DNA from: Octopus sinensis
Lineage: Eukaryota
Reading direction: 5' to 3'
NCBI RefSeq assembly: GCF_006345805.1
Contig: NC_043004.1
Location: 36,084,001 to 36,148,000 of the forward strand
DNA: 64,000 bases
The position numbers and the translations under genes are program-made. Positions 28,500-39,886 of this stretch are shown piece after piece. Each line of letters starts with the position of its first letter. Position 1 is the first letter of the stretch. The notes under the pieces are model-generated. The model did no database searches, had not been told where the DNA came from, and saw only the letters and a program-made list of their open reading frames with translations.

Positions 28500-31121
28500 A
28501 CTAGCAGTATCGCCCGGCGTTGCTCGGGTTTGTAAGGGAAATAACTATAAAGCATTTTTAGAGAGTTATAGCCAAAAAATAGGAAAAAATGCATTAAAAA
28601 TGGAAAAAAAATTATAGTAAATTTTTTTTAAATCGTTGACTCATCGTAGACATTTTTAGAGAGTTACTTCCCCTATATAATAGCAAAAAAATGCATTAAA
28701 ATGGAAAAAAATGATGGTAAATTATTTTTAAAATCGTAGACTCATCGTAGACGCGCGCTAATACCCAGAAGGGCTCGATATGAATCACGACTATAAGATA
28801 CCCGGTTTTGGTTAAACTGCACCGCAAAATGTGGGAGTAGTTAGGAATCTAAATCGTAGGAGACAGACACACAACTTCACTTTTATATATAAAGATTTGT
28901 GCAACAACTAAAACATTCGGTTGTGCAAATTGTTTGCACAGGAAACCTGCCTGTGTGGCGGTTTTTGCCGTTTTTGTGGATCTGTTTCAGCTTTTTTAGC
29001 GATTTCTGTTTTGGCGACTTCAAGCCATGAAGTCGTTGTTCTAAAAGAACGCTGGTCTCCTTGTCAACGCTTTACGACGTTGATTTCCTTACACTCCCTT
29101 CCCCACAGCTTCACGAGGGAGGGAAGAAGGGGGAGAAGCAACACAGGTGCAGGTGTGAGCATGGATGCCAACTCCGCTGCCATCGACACACGAAAAAATA
29201 TGCGTTAAAATGGAAAAAATTATGGTAAATTATTTTTTAAAATCGTAGACTCATCGTAGACGCGCGCTAATACGCAGACGGGCTCGATATGAATCACGAC
29301 TATAAGATACCCGAATTTGGTTAAACTGCACCGCAAAATGTGGGAGTAGTTAGGAATCTAAATCGTAGGAGACAGACACTCACACAACTTGACTTTTATA
29401 TATATAGACTAGCAGTATCGCCCGGCGTTGCTCAGGTTTGTAAGGGAAATAACTATATAAGCATTTTTAGAGAGTTACTTCCCTTATAAATTCGGGCTTT
29501 CTTAGCCATTTTTGTTTTGGTGTCTTCAAGCCATGAAGTCGTTGTTCTAAAAGAACGCTGGTTTCCTTCACAACGCATTACGACGTTGATTTCTTTACAC
29601 TCCCTTCCCCACAGCTTCATGAGGGAGGGAAGGGGGAGAAGCAAACAGGTGCAGCTGTGAGCGTGGACGCCAACTCCGCCGCCATCGACATACGATGCAT
29701 TTTATGCATTAAAATGGAATAAAAAATGATGTTAAATTATTTTTAAAATCGTAGACTCATCGTTGACGCGCGCTAATAGTCAGACGGGCTCGATATGAAT
29801 CACGACTATAAGATACCCGAATTTGGTTAAACTGCACCGCAAAATGTGGGAGGAGTTAGGAATCTAAATCGAAGGGGACAGACACTCACACAACTAGAGT
29901 TTTATATATATATATATATATGTGGTCTTATGCTATATGCGCACATATATGTGCGTGCGCGAACGTGTGCGTGCGCCTGCGCAAGTGTGACTGCGCATGC
30001 GCGAACGTGTGACTGCGCATGCGCGAACGTGTGACTGAGCATGCGCGAAAGTGTGCGTGCGCATGCGCGAAAGTGTGACTGCGCATACGCGAAAGTGTGA
30101 CTGCGCATGCGCGAATGTGTGACTGAGCATGCGCGAAAGTGTGCGTGCGCGAACGTGAGCGTGCGCATGCGCGAACATGTGACTGCGCATGCGCGAAATT
30201 GTGACTGCGCATGCGCGAAAGTGTGACTGCGCATGCGCAAACGTGTGAGTGCCCATGCGCGAAAGTGCGACCGCGCATGCGCGAACGTGTGCGTGCGCAT
30301 GCGCAGTCACACTTTACGAGGGAGGGAAGAAGGGGGAGAAGCAACACAGGTGCAGGTGTGAGCATGGACGCCAACTTCGCCGCCATCGACACACGAAAAA
30401 ATTGGAAGAAATGGAAAAAAATGATGTTAAATTATTTTTAAAATCGTAGACTCATCGTAGACGCGCGCTAATACCCAGACGGGCTTGATATTAATCACGA
30501 CTATAAGATACCCGAATATGGTTAAACTGCACCGCAAAATGTGGGAGTAGTTAGGAATCTAAATCGTAGGAGACAGACACTCACACAACTTGACTTTTAT
30601 ATATATAGACTAGCAGTATCGCCCGGCGTTGCTCAGGTTTGTAAGGGAAATAACTATATAAGAATTTTTAAAGAGTTACTTCCCTTATAGATGCCAATTC
30701 GGGCTTTGTTAGCCATTTCTGTTTTGGTGTCTTCAAGCCATGAAGTTGTTGTTCTAAAAGAACGCTGGTCTCCTTGACAACGCTTTACGACGTTGATTTC
30801 GTTACACTCCCTTCCCCACAGCTTCACGAGGGAGGGAAGAAGGGGGAGAAGCAAACAGGTGCAGGTGTGACCATGGACGACAACTCCGCCGCCATCGACA
30901 CACGAAAAATTATGCATTAAAATGGAATAAAAAATGATGTTAAATTATTTTTAATATCGTAGACTCATCGTAGACGCGCGCTAATACTCAGACGGGCTCG
31001 ATATGAATCACGACTATAAGATACCCGAATTTGGTTAAACTGCACCGCAAAATGTGGGAGTAGTTAGGAATCTAAATCGAAGGAGACAGACACTCACACA
31101 ACTTCACTTTTATATATATAG

Positions 31122-31123
<2 letters not shown>
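28500..31123 (+). mobile_element. Head-to-tail tandem array of ~5 Helitron/Helentron-like units
   Basis: Repeated actagcagtatcgcccggcgttgctc heads at 28500, 29408 and 30609; tails ...cttttatatatatag; direct tail-head junctions tatatag|actagcag at 29408 and 30609. Confidence 0.7.
29938..30312. repeat. GC-rich ~22-bp minisatellite (gtgtgactgcgcatgcgcgaaa), ~16 units
   Basis: Read directly from the sequence; each unit carries the palindrome GCGCATGCGC. Confidence 0.95.
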
Positions 31124-31182
<59 letters not shown>

Positions 31183-32055
31183 TGTGTGTGTGTGTGTGTA
31201 TAGCCTTCAAGCAGGCTATCCACATGCTAGAAATAACAGCCAAATCTCACTTAACTGCGGTAATATAATGTAATCAATCTACTCACCTTTCTGCAAAGAT
31301 TTCTTTAAGAGTAATTTTCCGCAGTAATATGACAAAGTAATTCATGTGAAATTAAAATGGCTTTTTTTTTCTTTTATTTTTAACTTCTTAAAAAATTTTT
31401 TGGAATTTTTTTTCCTAAGTGGGAAAATACGGAGATTAAGAATATGGAAAATATAAACACAAATTCAAATTTTAGTTTCAAATTTTTAATAAAAAACTCC
31501 GACCCAAAGTCTCCCAGCCATCCCGCTAAGTGTGAAAAATGAACGTTTGTTTTGTCTGTTCCTGTATGCGTTCTTGTAAAAGGATCACAGCAGCGCCCGG
31601 TCACTAAAACGGGTAAAAAATGTCTAATTGGCGTAAAAAAAGAGTGGAACACGAATATGAAAATTAAAAGGGCCATATTTCGGATTGAGTTATCAAATCA
31701 AAGCAAAATAATTTTTTTTCCAGAATCGTATTCTTATTTTTCTACGTATTTCGCAAAAAAGGAAAAAAGATTCTGCGAGGGGGGAGGGGATAATTGAAAT
31801 TTTAAAAATGTGATTTTTTAAAAATTATTTTCGGAATCGGTTCCTCCATAACCAAAAACGTTGGAATCCGTAAAAATAAATCAATATATATCCATTTTAT
31901 CGGAAGTTATGACGGAAAAATCGGATCTTGTGAATTTTCCGAAAGCCCCCCCCCCCGTGTCGTCTGCGTGCGTTTTTTCCCCGTATTCGTTCTCCACACA
32001 CAGGCTGGTTTATTATTATTTCTTTTGTTCCCGGGTGAATTTCTTTACATTGACC

Positions 32056-32579
32056 GTTCGTGAAATTGTTCAATCCCGTCCAACACCCAAAATGCCGTCG
32101 TTGTGCTCATCCCGTCGGTTTTTTCCGGCGCCTAAATTTCGATTCTTCAATGGCGACCACGACATCAATGTCGCCAATCATAACCGGATTGTTAATAATG
32201 TTTTCTGCTTAAATGTCTCGGTAGAAATTAGCCCAATTCACCACAGTGGACCAACTTGCAATGTTAAGTTCATGCATCATTGTTTTTAGTGGTTCGTCAA
32301 GGACCACCGATGCCGAAATTGCAGTATTATAACCTAAGGACAAGATGGCTTTTAGAGAAGAACGATCCTTTTCTAATGGAGTTTTCGACATGGCCGAGAG
32401 CAGTAGTGCACTTTCAAGTATATTCATCTCGGAGCTACGATGATTTCACAAAGGAACAATTGCGGCTACACTCACAGACATGAGCTTGAGCTAAAAGTCC
32501 ATGTCTTTTTAACCAGTCAATTCGCCCGTCATAGTCGGTGCATATTGGAAACACGTCTGATAAGTGAATTGGAGGACAT
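32056..32579 (-). pseudogene. Merlin/IS1595 (ISXO2-like DDE) transposase, N-terminal half
   Basis: IDWLKRHGLLAQAHVCEC (Zn-ribbon region)...STVVNWANFYRDI*...MIGDIDVVVAIEESKFRRRK...FWVLDGIEQ, matching W..F.R...IGG..VEIDES.F.RK...WV.GGIE; stops and frameshifts. Confidence 0.85.
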
Positions 32580-33036
32580 TGCATGATATCCGTGTCAAAA
32601 TTCAAAAATGAGAAGCTGAAGAAAAGAAGATGATGGTTTCAATCAAAAATGAGAAGAGAATAAAAGCTGGACAACAGAAGCTGACGGTTTCAATTCCAAA
32701 TTGCTGCAAAATAAAGTTTAAAACAGAATAAAATTATAAACAACGACCTAATATATACGTCACAAACAGGATTTGTACTGGAATCAATCCATCACAAAAA
32801 TATTGACTGAAAATGGTAAATGTTTTTCGAAATTTTCTAAGAACCCCTGCAGTGCCATTATTCGAACTGAAGAACATCGGACAAATATAAACAGGATTGT
32901 CCTTAGACAGAGTGGTAGTACACCACTAAGAACCTCCTGTGGTGGGGGTTCTCAGTCCACTGGCCAAACCTCACAGGCCTTCAGCAAAATGGCAAACAGG
33001 ATATTTGTCTGTGCTGAAGCACACCTTTGAATGTTT

Positions 33037-33390
33037 TTAAAAAATCTCACGAACTGCTTCCTTTCAGTGTTCTTGGAAATGATAGCCGGTCAATGGCTAC
33101 CTTGAAATACATTATCCAGCAACATGTCCACCCAGACCAGCAAAATCAAGGTTTCCAACATTTAATTATGAACCATTCTAATATCATTTGTTGATGAAGC
33201 CACGGATGTCCACACAAATCATGGGCAAGGAGCATGCTAAGCGCAAATATCGACAAATTTATGGTACCTCTTTCTTCCAAGTTGTTCCCCAAATATTTGA
33301 GTTTCTGTGGCGGAAGAGGAAAAAACCCAGAAGAAAATTCGAACATCTCTTTTGTTCAAATTGCAGACTAAAAAACACATTTTTATAAAA
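33037..33390 (+). pseudogene. Merlin/IS1595 transposase, C-terminal half (inverted relative to the N-half)
   Basis: NCFL..RSMATLKYIIQQHVHP..QGFQHLIMNHS..FVDEATDVHTN..HAKRKYRQIYGTS..FEFLWRKR, matching ISXO2 R...TL..II...H..VNHS..FV..G.HTN..E..W. Confidence 0.85.
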
Positions 33391-33488
33391 TCATACACAA
33401 CGTATTTATTTGCAAGACGTTTTAGTTTTCATTTTCTAGAAATAGCTTAACAGAAAGAAGCTCAAATTTGTTTTTACAAGGAGGCATC

Positions 33489-34872
33489 ATTGACCAAAGC
33501 ACCCTGGAATTAAAGGCGAAAACACATAAATATTCGGAATTCTTGGAAACTTCCTTATTTCTCTGAGGCAGCGAAAACTGAGGAACCAACAAGTAAGTAA
33601 GAAATGTTCTTCAGTTTTGAATTTAGCTTTAGTTATAAATGCACAAATCTTGAAATATTTTTCATCATTAAATCGAAACTTTTCTCTTTTTTTCCTCTGT
33701 CTATATTCTTCGTCATTTTGTACAATTCCAATTCGTCAAACATTTGAAATTATTATTTTAGGGAGTGCACTTCTCCTTCAAGACATTTTCCCTCAACTTT
33801 GGACTCGATTCTTATAATTTTTGCTGTTTAACAATTAATATCCTCTTCTCTGTTGCATTCCATGTCAATTCTTTCCCCTACACTAAAATGTCTAATTTGA
33901 TAATTTTCCATTTCTAGATAATTTGTCTCAAGTGGGTTAAAATGAGTAACGAATTATTTCAGTTTTGGCAGAGTTTCGGTTTAGAAAATTCCGTTTTCAC
34001 AGTGTTTTTCGAATTTCTTTTTCACCAGGGTCTAACTTTTCCTCACCTCTCTCTTTTCTCCTCTTTACCTATTTCGGCCTTTTTGTTAATTTTTTCCTGT
34101 AGTAAACACTTAAAAACGATGGGAAAAGCCTTTACGGTTAAAAAACAAAAAAAATGTAATTTTCACAAGGACAGGTGTGTGATATAAAGGAGTACCAAAA
34201 AGACTTCTCTCATAGTTTTCAAGTGCGTGGGGCTGAGGTGAAAACAAAACCTTTTTCATAAAATGTCCCCCATGACCACCACATCAGCTGGAAGGCCTGA
34301 ATGAAAAATAAAATTAGAAAAATCCCTGTCAAAACGAAGAGAGAAAAAAAAAGTGTTCTCACAAACACACATATATATGTAATTAAAAAGGTTCAAACGG
34401 GGAATTATTCCATTCAATGTCTTTCTGTTAGAAACGCTAAGAGCTTTAGCTGGTGTTTCTAGCATAACGAGTTTCCTGCTGACAGCTTCATTGCCTGCGG
34501 CTTCAGTGGAAATCTACGGATGCACAAACGCACAAAACAGAAGAAATGAAACAAATATGGACGACTTGTTCCGAAACCCTCCCGACTGGGGAACGGTGTT
34601 CAAAATAACCCCCAATTGTTCCCCCCCCCCAACCGTATGTTCTCGGAATTTACATTGTCCGAAGTATATTTGTAGAGAATTTCATTAAAAAGTATCAATT
34701 TTCTTGAAAGTAAACACGAATTGAAGTGGACGCCGGTGAATTTTCCGAAATTCCTCACCCCACCCTCCTAAAACACTTTCCTACATGATATAGCACATAT
34801 TCGTAAAAAAAAATTCATTAAAAAATATTCATATTTCTGAAAGTTGTGATCATCCAAAGTTGGCGGAAGCAG
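33489..34872. repeat. Right arm of the large inverted repeat
   Basis: Reverse complement of 26461-27846, visibly diverged (many substitutions and indels). Confidence 0.85.
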
Positions 34873-35237
34873 GAATCTGTAGTTACGCCACATCATGTAG
34901 ATTCCGAATATATAAAATTTATTCAGAGTAAGTGTCGTAGGAGTTAGGGTGGGTAATTTCAGAAAATTCACCGGTTCCACTTCAATTCCACTTAATTTTC
35001 AAGAAAATGGATATCTTTTAATGAAATACTCTACAAATATACCTCAGACTATGTAGATTCCGAGGACATAGGAATTTGGGGGAAACAATTGGGGCTATTT
35101 TTGAGAACTGTTCCCCATTCGCGGTTGTTTCTGTACAAGTCGTCCATATTTGTTTCATTTTCTCCGTTTGTGCATCCGTAGATTTCTAATGTAGCAACAA
35201 GCAGGCAATGAAAGCAAACGAAACCCTCACCAGAAAA

Positions 35238-35599
35238 GGCGGCGAAGCTGGCAGAAACGTTAGCACGCCGTTCGTCTGCCGCTACGTTCTGAGTTCAAAT
35301 TCCGACTTTGCCTTTCATCCTTTTGGAGTCGATTAAATAAGTACCAGTGACGCACTGGGGTCGATGTAATCGACTTAATCCGTTTGTCTGTCCTTGTTCG
35401 TCCTCTCTGTGTTTAGTCCCTTGTGGGTAGTAAAGAAATAGGTATTTTGTCTGCCGCTACGTTCTGAGTTCAAATTCCGCCGAGGTCGACTTTGCCTTTC
35501 GGGGTCGATAAATTAAGTACCAGTTACGCACTGGGGTCGATGTAATCGACTTAATCCCTTTGTCCTTGTTTGTCTCCTCTATGTTTAGCTCCTTGTGTG
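35238..35599 (+). mobile_element. SINE family A partial dimer; its tail is interrupted by the Gypsy element
   Basis: ggcggcgaagctggcagaaacg... followed by a second body; 17-bp TSD gaaaccctcaccagaaa at 35220-35236 and 40152-40168. Confidence 0.85.
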
Positions 35600-35839
35600 T
35601 GTTGTTGTTATATATATATATAATGTATTGAGTATTAAAGGAAGTAGTGAGTACTTAGTATGAAAGATTAAGAAAATGAGAGAGACTGAAACAACGTGTT
35701 AACGATACAAGATACTTTATTCGACTGCCGTTGTTGTACAAGTTAATTGTTTTGGCGGGAAACAAAGTGAAAGCCCTTTTATCAAAGGAGACAATGGGCG
35801 ACGTTGATTGTTCATGTTTGTTGTGATGATTATATAACA
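35600..35839 (-). repeat. 3' LTR (240 bp)
   Basis: tgttgttgttata...gattatataaca; differs from the 5' LTR by small indels in the first ~40 nt and 2 substitutions seen by eye. Confidence 0.95.
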
Positions 35840-35862
35840 TCTTCCTTTTTTTTTTTTTTTTT
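35840..35862 (-). promoter_or_regulatory. Polypurine tract
   Basis: Minus strand A-run + ggaaga directly abutting the 3' LTR. Confidence 0.8.
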
Positions 35863-35879
35863 AATTTTTTTTTTTTATA

Positions 35880-37016
35880 TCATCTGTATCTACAGGGAAT
35901 AATTATTCGTCGTCCACTTTTTGTGGTTTTATTATTTTGTAGTGTTGAATTCTGTAGTTGTGCTGTTTTTGTTTTTTCATGCGTGTTTGTTGACTTTGGA
36001 AATATATTTTCATAATCTAATTCTTCTGTTATGCGAACGTGTTCGTTTGTTTTAAGAATATGTTGTCTATTTCGTTTGACTGTATTTCCTTCCTCTGTTA
36101 TTACTAAGTATGAACGAGGTTGCTCTAGTTTTTTAATTATTTTGCCCCTTCTAAACCAATTGTTGTTAAACTTAATTCTAACCGTGTCGTGTGGTTTTAA
36201 CTCTGGGAGTTCTGTTGTAATGTTTGATTTCTTCTTTTCGTGAGGCCTGATACCAATTTTGTCGTGTAGTATGTTTGGGAGATTTGTTCGCAATGTTCTA
36301 TTCATTATTTGATTTGCAGGGGATGGTGCACCATTTTGTAATTTAGTCGTGCGTAATGCTAAGAGCGTTAACTGAGGTTCTTCGTCACTTTTGAATGCCT
36401 TTTTTAGCGTCTTTTTTATTGTCTGTATATTTCTCTCAACCATGCCATTCGCTTTATGATAATGCGGGCTTGTCTTCGTGTGATGAAAATGCCAATTTTT
36501 TGCAAATTTTTTGAATTCAGCCGAATTGAATTCTGGACCGTTGTCACTTACAACTGTTTGCGGAATTCCGAATTTAGCAAAAGTTTCTTTTAATTTTTTG
36601 ATTACGGTTTTTAACTGGCAATCATTTATTTCGTGTAGATCAAAAAATCTTGTTGTATAGTCAATAATTGTGACATACGAATTTCCAGACAGGTGAAATA
36701 CGTCTGTACCCACTTTGGTCCATGGTGTAGTAGGTATTTCATGATTTATTAGTGGTTCGGCTGCTTGTTGATTTTTGTAGTCAATGCAGTATGAGCATGT
36801 GTTAATCATGTCTTTGATTTGAGCGTTAATGCCGGGCCAGTATATACATTCCTTCGCTCTCTCTATGCATTTTTCGATACCCATGTGTCCGGTATGTATT
36901 TCCTGTAGAGCTTCTCTACGTAATGACTTAGGTACAATTATTCTTGAACCTTTTAGAACGAGACCATTGACGATTGATATTTCATCACGAACGGATACGA
37001 ATGGTTTGATGTTCAT
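35880..37016 (-). CDS. pol: Gypsy integrase region (HHCC, DDE)
   Basis: HTGHMGIEKC...C..C, VGTDVF, VSDNGPEF, NGMVERNIQ. Confidence 0.95.
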   Translation of the reverse strand: MNIKPFVSVRDEISIVNGLVLKGSRIIVPKSLRREALQEIHTGHMGIEKCIERAKECIYWPGINAQIKDMINTCSYCIDYKNQQAAEPLINHEIPTTPWTKVGTDVFHLSGNSYVTIIDYTTRFFDLHEINDCQLKTVIKKLKETFAKFGIPQTVVSDNGPEFNSAEFKKFAKNWHFHHTKTSPHYHKANGMVERNIQTIKKTLKKAFKSDEEPQLTLLALRTTKLQNGAPSPANQIMNRTLRTNLPNILHDKIGIRPHEKKKSNITTELPELKPHDTVRIKFNNNWFRRGKIIKKLEQPRSYLVITEEGNTVKRNRQHILKTNEHVRITEELDYENIFPKSTNTHEKTKTAQLQNSTLQNNKTTKSGRRIIIPCRYR

Positions 37017-37108
37017 TGGTATTTTGTCTTTTGGGGGCCATTCTGTTCTTGTATATGTGACGAGTGTCTGTAGAGACGGGTCGTCTGCAGTGGCTTCTTT
37101 ATACTCTT

Positions 37109-37793
37109 TTATTTAGTGTCGGTTATGGGGTAATTTTTTATTACTGCATGAATGTGCGATTTCATATCTTCGTCTGATACTTCTAGAGTATTTTGCTCAA
37201 GGTATGCACGTGATAGGGTATCTGCAACAATTGATTCTTTACCAGGTATGTGGTTTAGGTCAAAATCATATCTTTGTAATGTTAGTAGAAATCTTTGGAT
37301 TCTGGGGGGGCATTTAGTGATCGATTTTTTGAATATTTGCTTCAACGGTTTATGGTCATTTTCGATTCTGAAATGAGTTCCGTATATAAACTGATGAAAT
37401 TTCTTGCATGCGAAAACTATACTGAGAGCTTCGCTCTCTATCGGACAGTAGTTTTGTTCCGCTTGAGTTGTTGCACGAGATGCAAACGAAACAGGTAGCC
37501 ATCTTTCGTTGTGTTTCTGCTCAAGTATCGCTCCGAGCCCATGCTTACTAGCATCTGTAGTTATTTTTATTGGTAGATCTGGATCATAAAATTGTAGCAC
37601 TGGTTTTCTGGTAATCATTTCTTTTAGCTTTTTTTGCTTCGATTTGTGGTTTGTCGAATGACCATAACGTGTCACTCTGTAGAAGCTGGCGCAATGGTGC
37701 TGTGACTTCGGAGTAGTTAGATAAAAATTTACATAGGTAATTTGTCATACCTAGGAATCTTTGTAATTCTTTTTTACTTGTTGGCAGTGGCAT
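37109..37793 (-). CDS. pol: Gypsy RT thumb/RNase H region (frameshifted)
   Basis: ELQRFLGMTNYL; TDASKHGLGAILEQ; YCPIESEALSIVFAC; ENDHKPL. Confidence 0.9.
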
Positions 37794-37823
37794 GTGAATG
37801 ATTGCTTGTACCTTGGTTGGATC

Positions 37824-38642
37824 TTATTTTATCCCTTCGCTGGTTAATATATGCCCAAGGTACTTGATTTGTGATTCATAGAAGATACACTTTGATTTAT
37901 TTAACTTTAATCCGTGCTTTCGGATTCGATCGAAAACTTGTTGTAGTCTATTTGTGTGTTCTTCTAAAGTGTTGGACCAGATTATGATGTCATCCTGTGA
38001 ATTTCTTGCTCCTTCTATGCCCTCTATTATTTTTGAAATTTCTTTTTGGAAAACTTCACTGGCGCTGTGAATTCCAAAGGGTAGTCGTGTGAAGCGATAC
38101 CTTCCAAAAGGTGTGTTGAACGTTAAAAGATGGGAGCTTTCTTCGTCAACTGGAATTTGCCAGTATCCATTAGATGCATCGAGTTTTGAAAAATATTTAG
38201 GGTTATGCATTTGTGCAAAAATGTCCTCCGCTGTAGGGAGTTTGAAATGTTGCCTTTTTATGGCTTTGTTTAGATTCTTGGGGTCTAAACAGAGTCGGAG
38301 TTTTCCGTTGGCTTTTTCAACGATGACTAGGGAATTTACCGAGTCTGTAGGTTCACTAACAGGTTTTATGATATCTAATTCTGTCATTCTTTTTAATTCT
38401 TTGTTGAGTTTTTCTTTTATAGAAAAAGGAACCGATCTTGGCGGATGAATTACAGGAGTTATTTGTGGATCCACTGTGATATGATGTGTTATTGACAAAG
38501 TGCCGATTTCTCCGAAACAGTCTTCATATTTTTCTAATATGTCGTTTGTGTTCGACGAATTTATTTTTGAAATTCTCTGAATCAGGTTCAGATCTTTAGC
38601 TGTCTTTGCATCTATAACTGCGTGCGAGTTTTTTTGCAACAA
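37824..38642 (-). CDS. pol: Gypsy reverse transcriptase (premature TAA at the end)
   Basis: LRLCLDPKNLN, FSKLDASNGYWQI, LPFGIHSASEVFQ, SQDDII, YLGH. Confidence 0.95.
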   Translation of the reverse strand: MLQKNSHAVIDAKTAKDLNLIQRISKINSSNTNDILEKYEDCFGEIGTLSITHHITVDPQITPVIHPPRSVPFSIKEKLNKELKRMTELDIIKPVSEPTDSVNSLVIVEKANGKLRLCLDPKNLNKAIKRQHFKLPTAEDIFAQMHNPKYFSKLDASNGYWQIPVDEESSHLLTFNTPFGRYRFTRLPFGIHSASEVFQKEISKIIEGIEGARNSQDDIIIWSNTLEEHTNRLQQVFDRIRKHGLKLNKSKCIFYESQIKYLGHILTSEGIK

Positions 38643-39843
38643 TGAATTTTATTTGCTTTGATAATTCTTTGTATTTAATGACTGCTGTGCATTTTCCTAG
38701 CACTTTTATAGCTGTGTTATTATAAGCTGATAATCGAGTTGAAGTTTTTTGCAGTTGTGGTTTTGGAATTATATTTCTATATTCTCTGAATGGCAGTACG
38801 GTTACGTCTGCTCCTGTATCTATTTTGAATGTTACATTCGAGTTGTTCACTTTTAGTTCGACCGTCCAAATGTCTTTTGGAGTCTTGAACTTTTCGATTT
38901 TGTGCACGCGGGAATTATTTGCAGTGATCATTTCGAGTACATGTGTATCGTCATCTGATTCATCGTCGGTATGTATCTCTACTTTATGTACAAATTTTCT
39001 TGATTTGCACATTTTTGCATAGTGTCCTTGTTTCTTGCATTTTTCACATGTCTTGTGAAATGCTGGGCATTTATTTCTTTTGTGATTATAACCACAATAG
39101 TGACAGTTAGTGACGTAGTGTTGACTTGGCGCTTGAAACTTCGCGGGCTTTCTGTCACTTCCGCCTTGTTCGTTTTGATGTCTGGATTGCATATGGCGGG
39201 TTATTTGAGTTTTGGCGCCTTTTCTGTCGTGTTGACTATATACCCTCGAGATTTCGTTATCTCTTGTTTCGGATGTGGCATTTAGCATCCTTGATTGGAG
39301 TCGTGTTTGCTCTGCACTCTGACCTGCTTGAATTGTTTTTTGTAGGTCTAAATTTGGTTCTCTCAATAATCTTTCTCTTAATCTCATGTCTCTGATTCCA
39401 CATATCAGAATATCTTTGGTGAGACTGTCTGTGAGGTTGCCGAATTCGCACTGTTGTGCCTTTTGGCGCAACTCTACTACGTACTCATCGAATTTTTGAT
39501 GTTCCGCTTGTCCACATGTGAAGAATTTGTGTCTTAGGAAAGTTATGTTTCTCCTGGGTTCACAATATGCATCGAATTTTTCGATTACTGTCTGAAGGTT
39601 CATTTCTTCGTCGGGTGAATCGAAATCCAGTGTGGAATGGATATCTCGGCCTTTAGAACCGATGCAAGTTAAAAACATTGAAGTTTTTACTTTGTCTGGC
39701 TTCATGTCACTTTCTGTTGCTATCAAAAAGAGATTGAATTCTTTTTTCCACTTTTTCCATGGTGCGGCTAGATTTTCCTGATTAAAGTCTAGGTTTTTTG
39801 GATGCGGTAAATTTTCCATTTCGTCTTTGAAGTATGATTTCAA
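38596..39843 (-). CDS. gag: Gypsy Gag plus aspartic protease
   Basis: Zn knuckles CHYCGYNH..C and CEKCKKQGHYAKMC; protease motif FKIDTGADV. Confidence 0.95.
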   Translation of the reverse strand: MKSYFKDEMENLPHPKNLDFNQENLAAPWKKWKKEFNLFLIATESDMKPDKVKTSMFLTCIGSKGRDIHSTLDFDSPDEEMNLQTVIEKFDAYCEPRRNITFLRHKFFTCGQAEHQKFDEYVVELRQKAQQCEFGNLTDSLTKDILICGIRDMRLRERLLREPNLDLQKTIQAGQSAEQTRLQSRMLNATSETRDNEISRVYSQHDRKGAKTQITRHMQSRHQNEQGGSDRKPAKFQAPSQHYVTNCHYCGYNHKRNKCPAFHKTCEKCKKQGHYAKMCKSRKFVHKVEIHTDDESDDDTHVLEMITANNSRVHKIEKFKTPKDIWTVELKVNNSNVTFKIDTGADVTVLPFREYRNIIPKPQLQKTSTRLSAYNNTAIKVLGKCTAVIKYKELSKQIKFIVAKKLARSYRCKDS

Positions 39844-39886
39844 CTTCTTTTTTCCTTTGGTTTCTGTATTTTGGGTTCTTTTAGTA

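Larger units (their letters stand above)
27976..32055. mobile_element. Non-autonomous Merlin-type DNA transposon with ~300-bp TIRs, carrying nested insertions
   Basis: Starts GGTCAAT and ends ATTGACC; TIRs 27976-~28310 and ~31780-32055 (both translate to MTEKSDLVNFPK); 8-bp flanks gttcctgg (27968-27975) and gttcgtga (32056-32063) fit a diverged 8-bp TSD. Confidence 0.7.

Noticed and set aside
29902-30449. Long ORFs on both strands, or a CRISPR-like array
   Set aside because: Tandem 22-bp minisatellite without unique spacers; the ORFs are a by-product of stop-free repeats; eukaryotic context.
32056-33054. Simple inversion of 32064-33046 between 8-bp inverted repeats gttcgtga/tcacgaac that would restore the transposase
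   Set aside because: The left flank of the GGTCAAT element (27915-27975) already carries the minus-strand start of the C-half, so an insertion plus a separate inverted copy of the 3' half explains the data better.
32048-33495. cattgacc direct repeat as the TSD of a Merlin insertion
   Set aside because: The left copy is the terminal TIR sequence of the 27976-32055 element, and no TIRs lie inside the proposed boundaries.
38596-38642. Programmed gag-pol ribosomal frameshift
   Set aside because: The shift falls after the protease domain, at an A7 run, like the other lesions; mutation or sequencing error is more likely.
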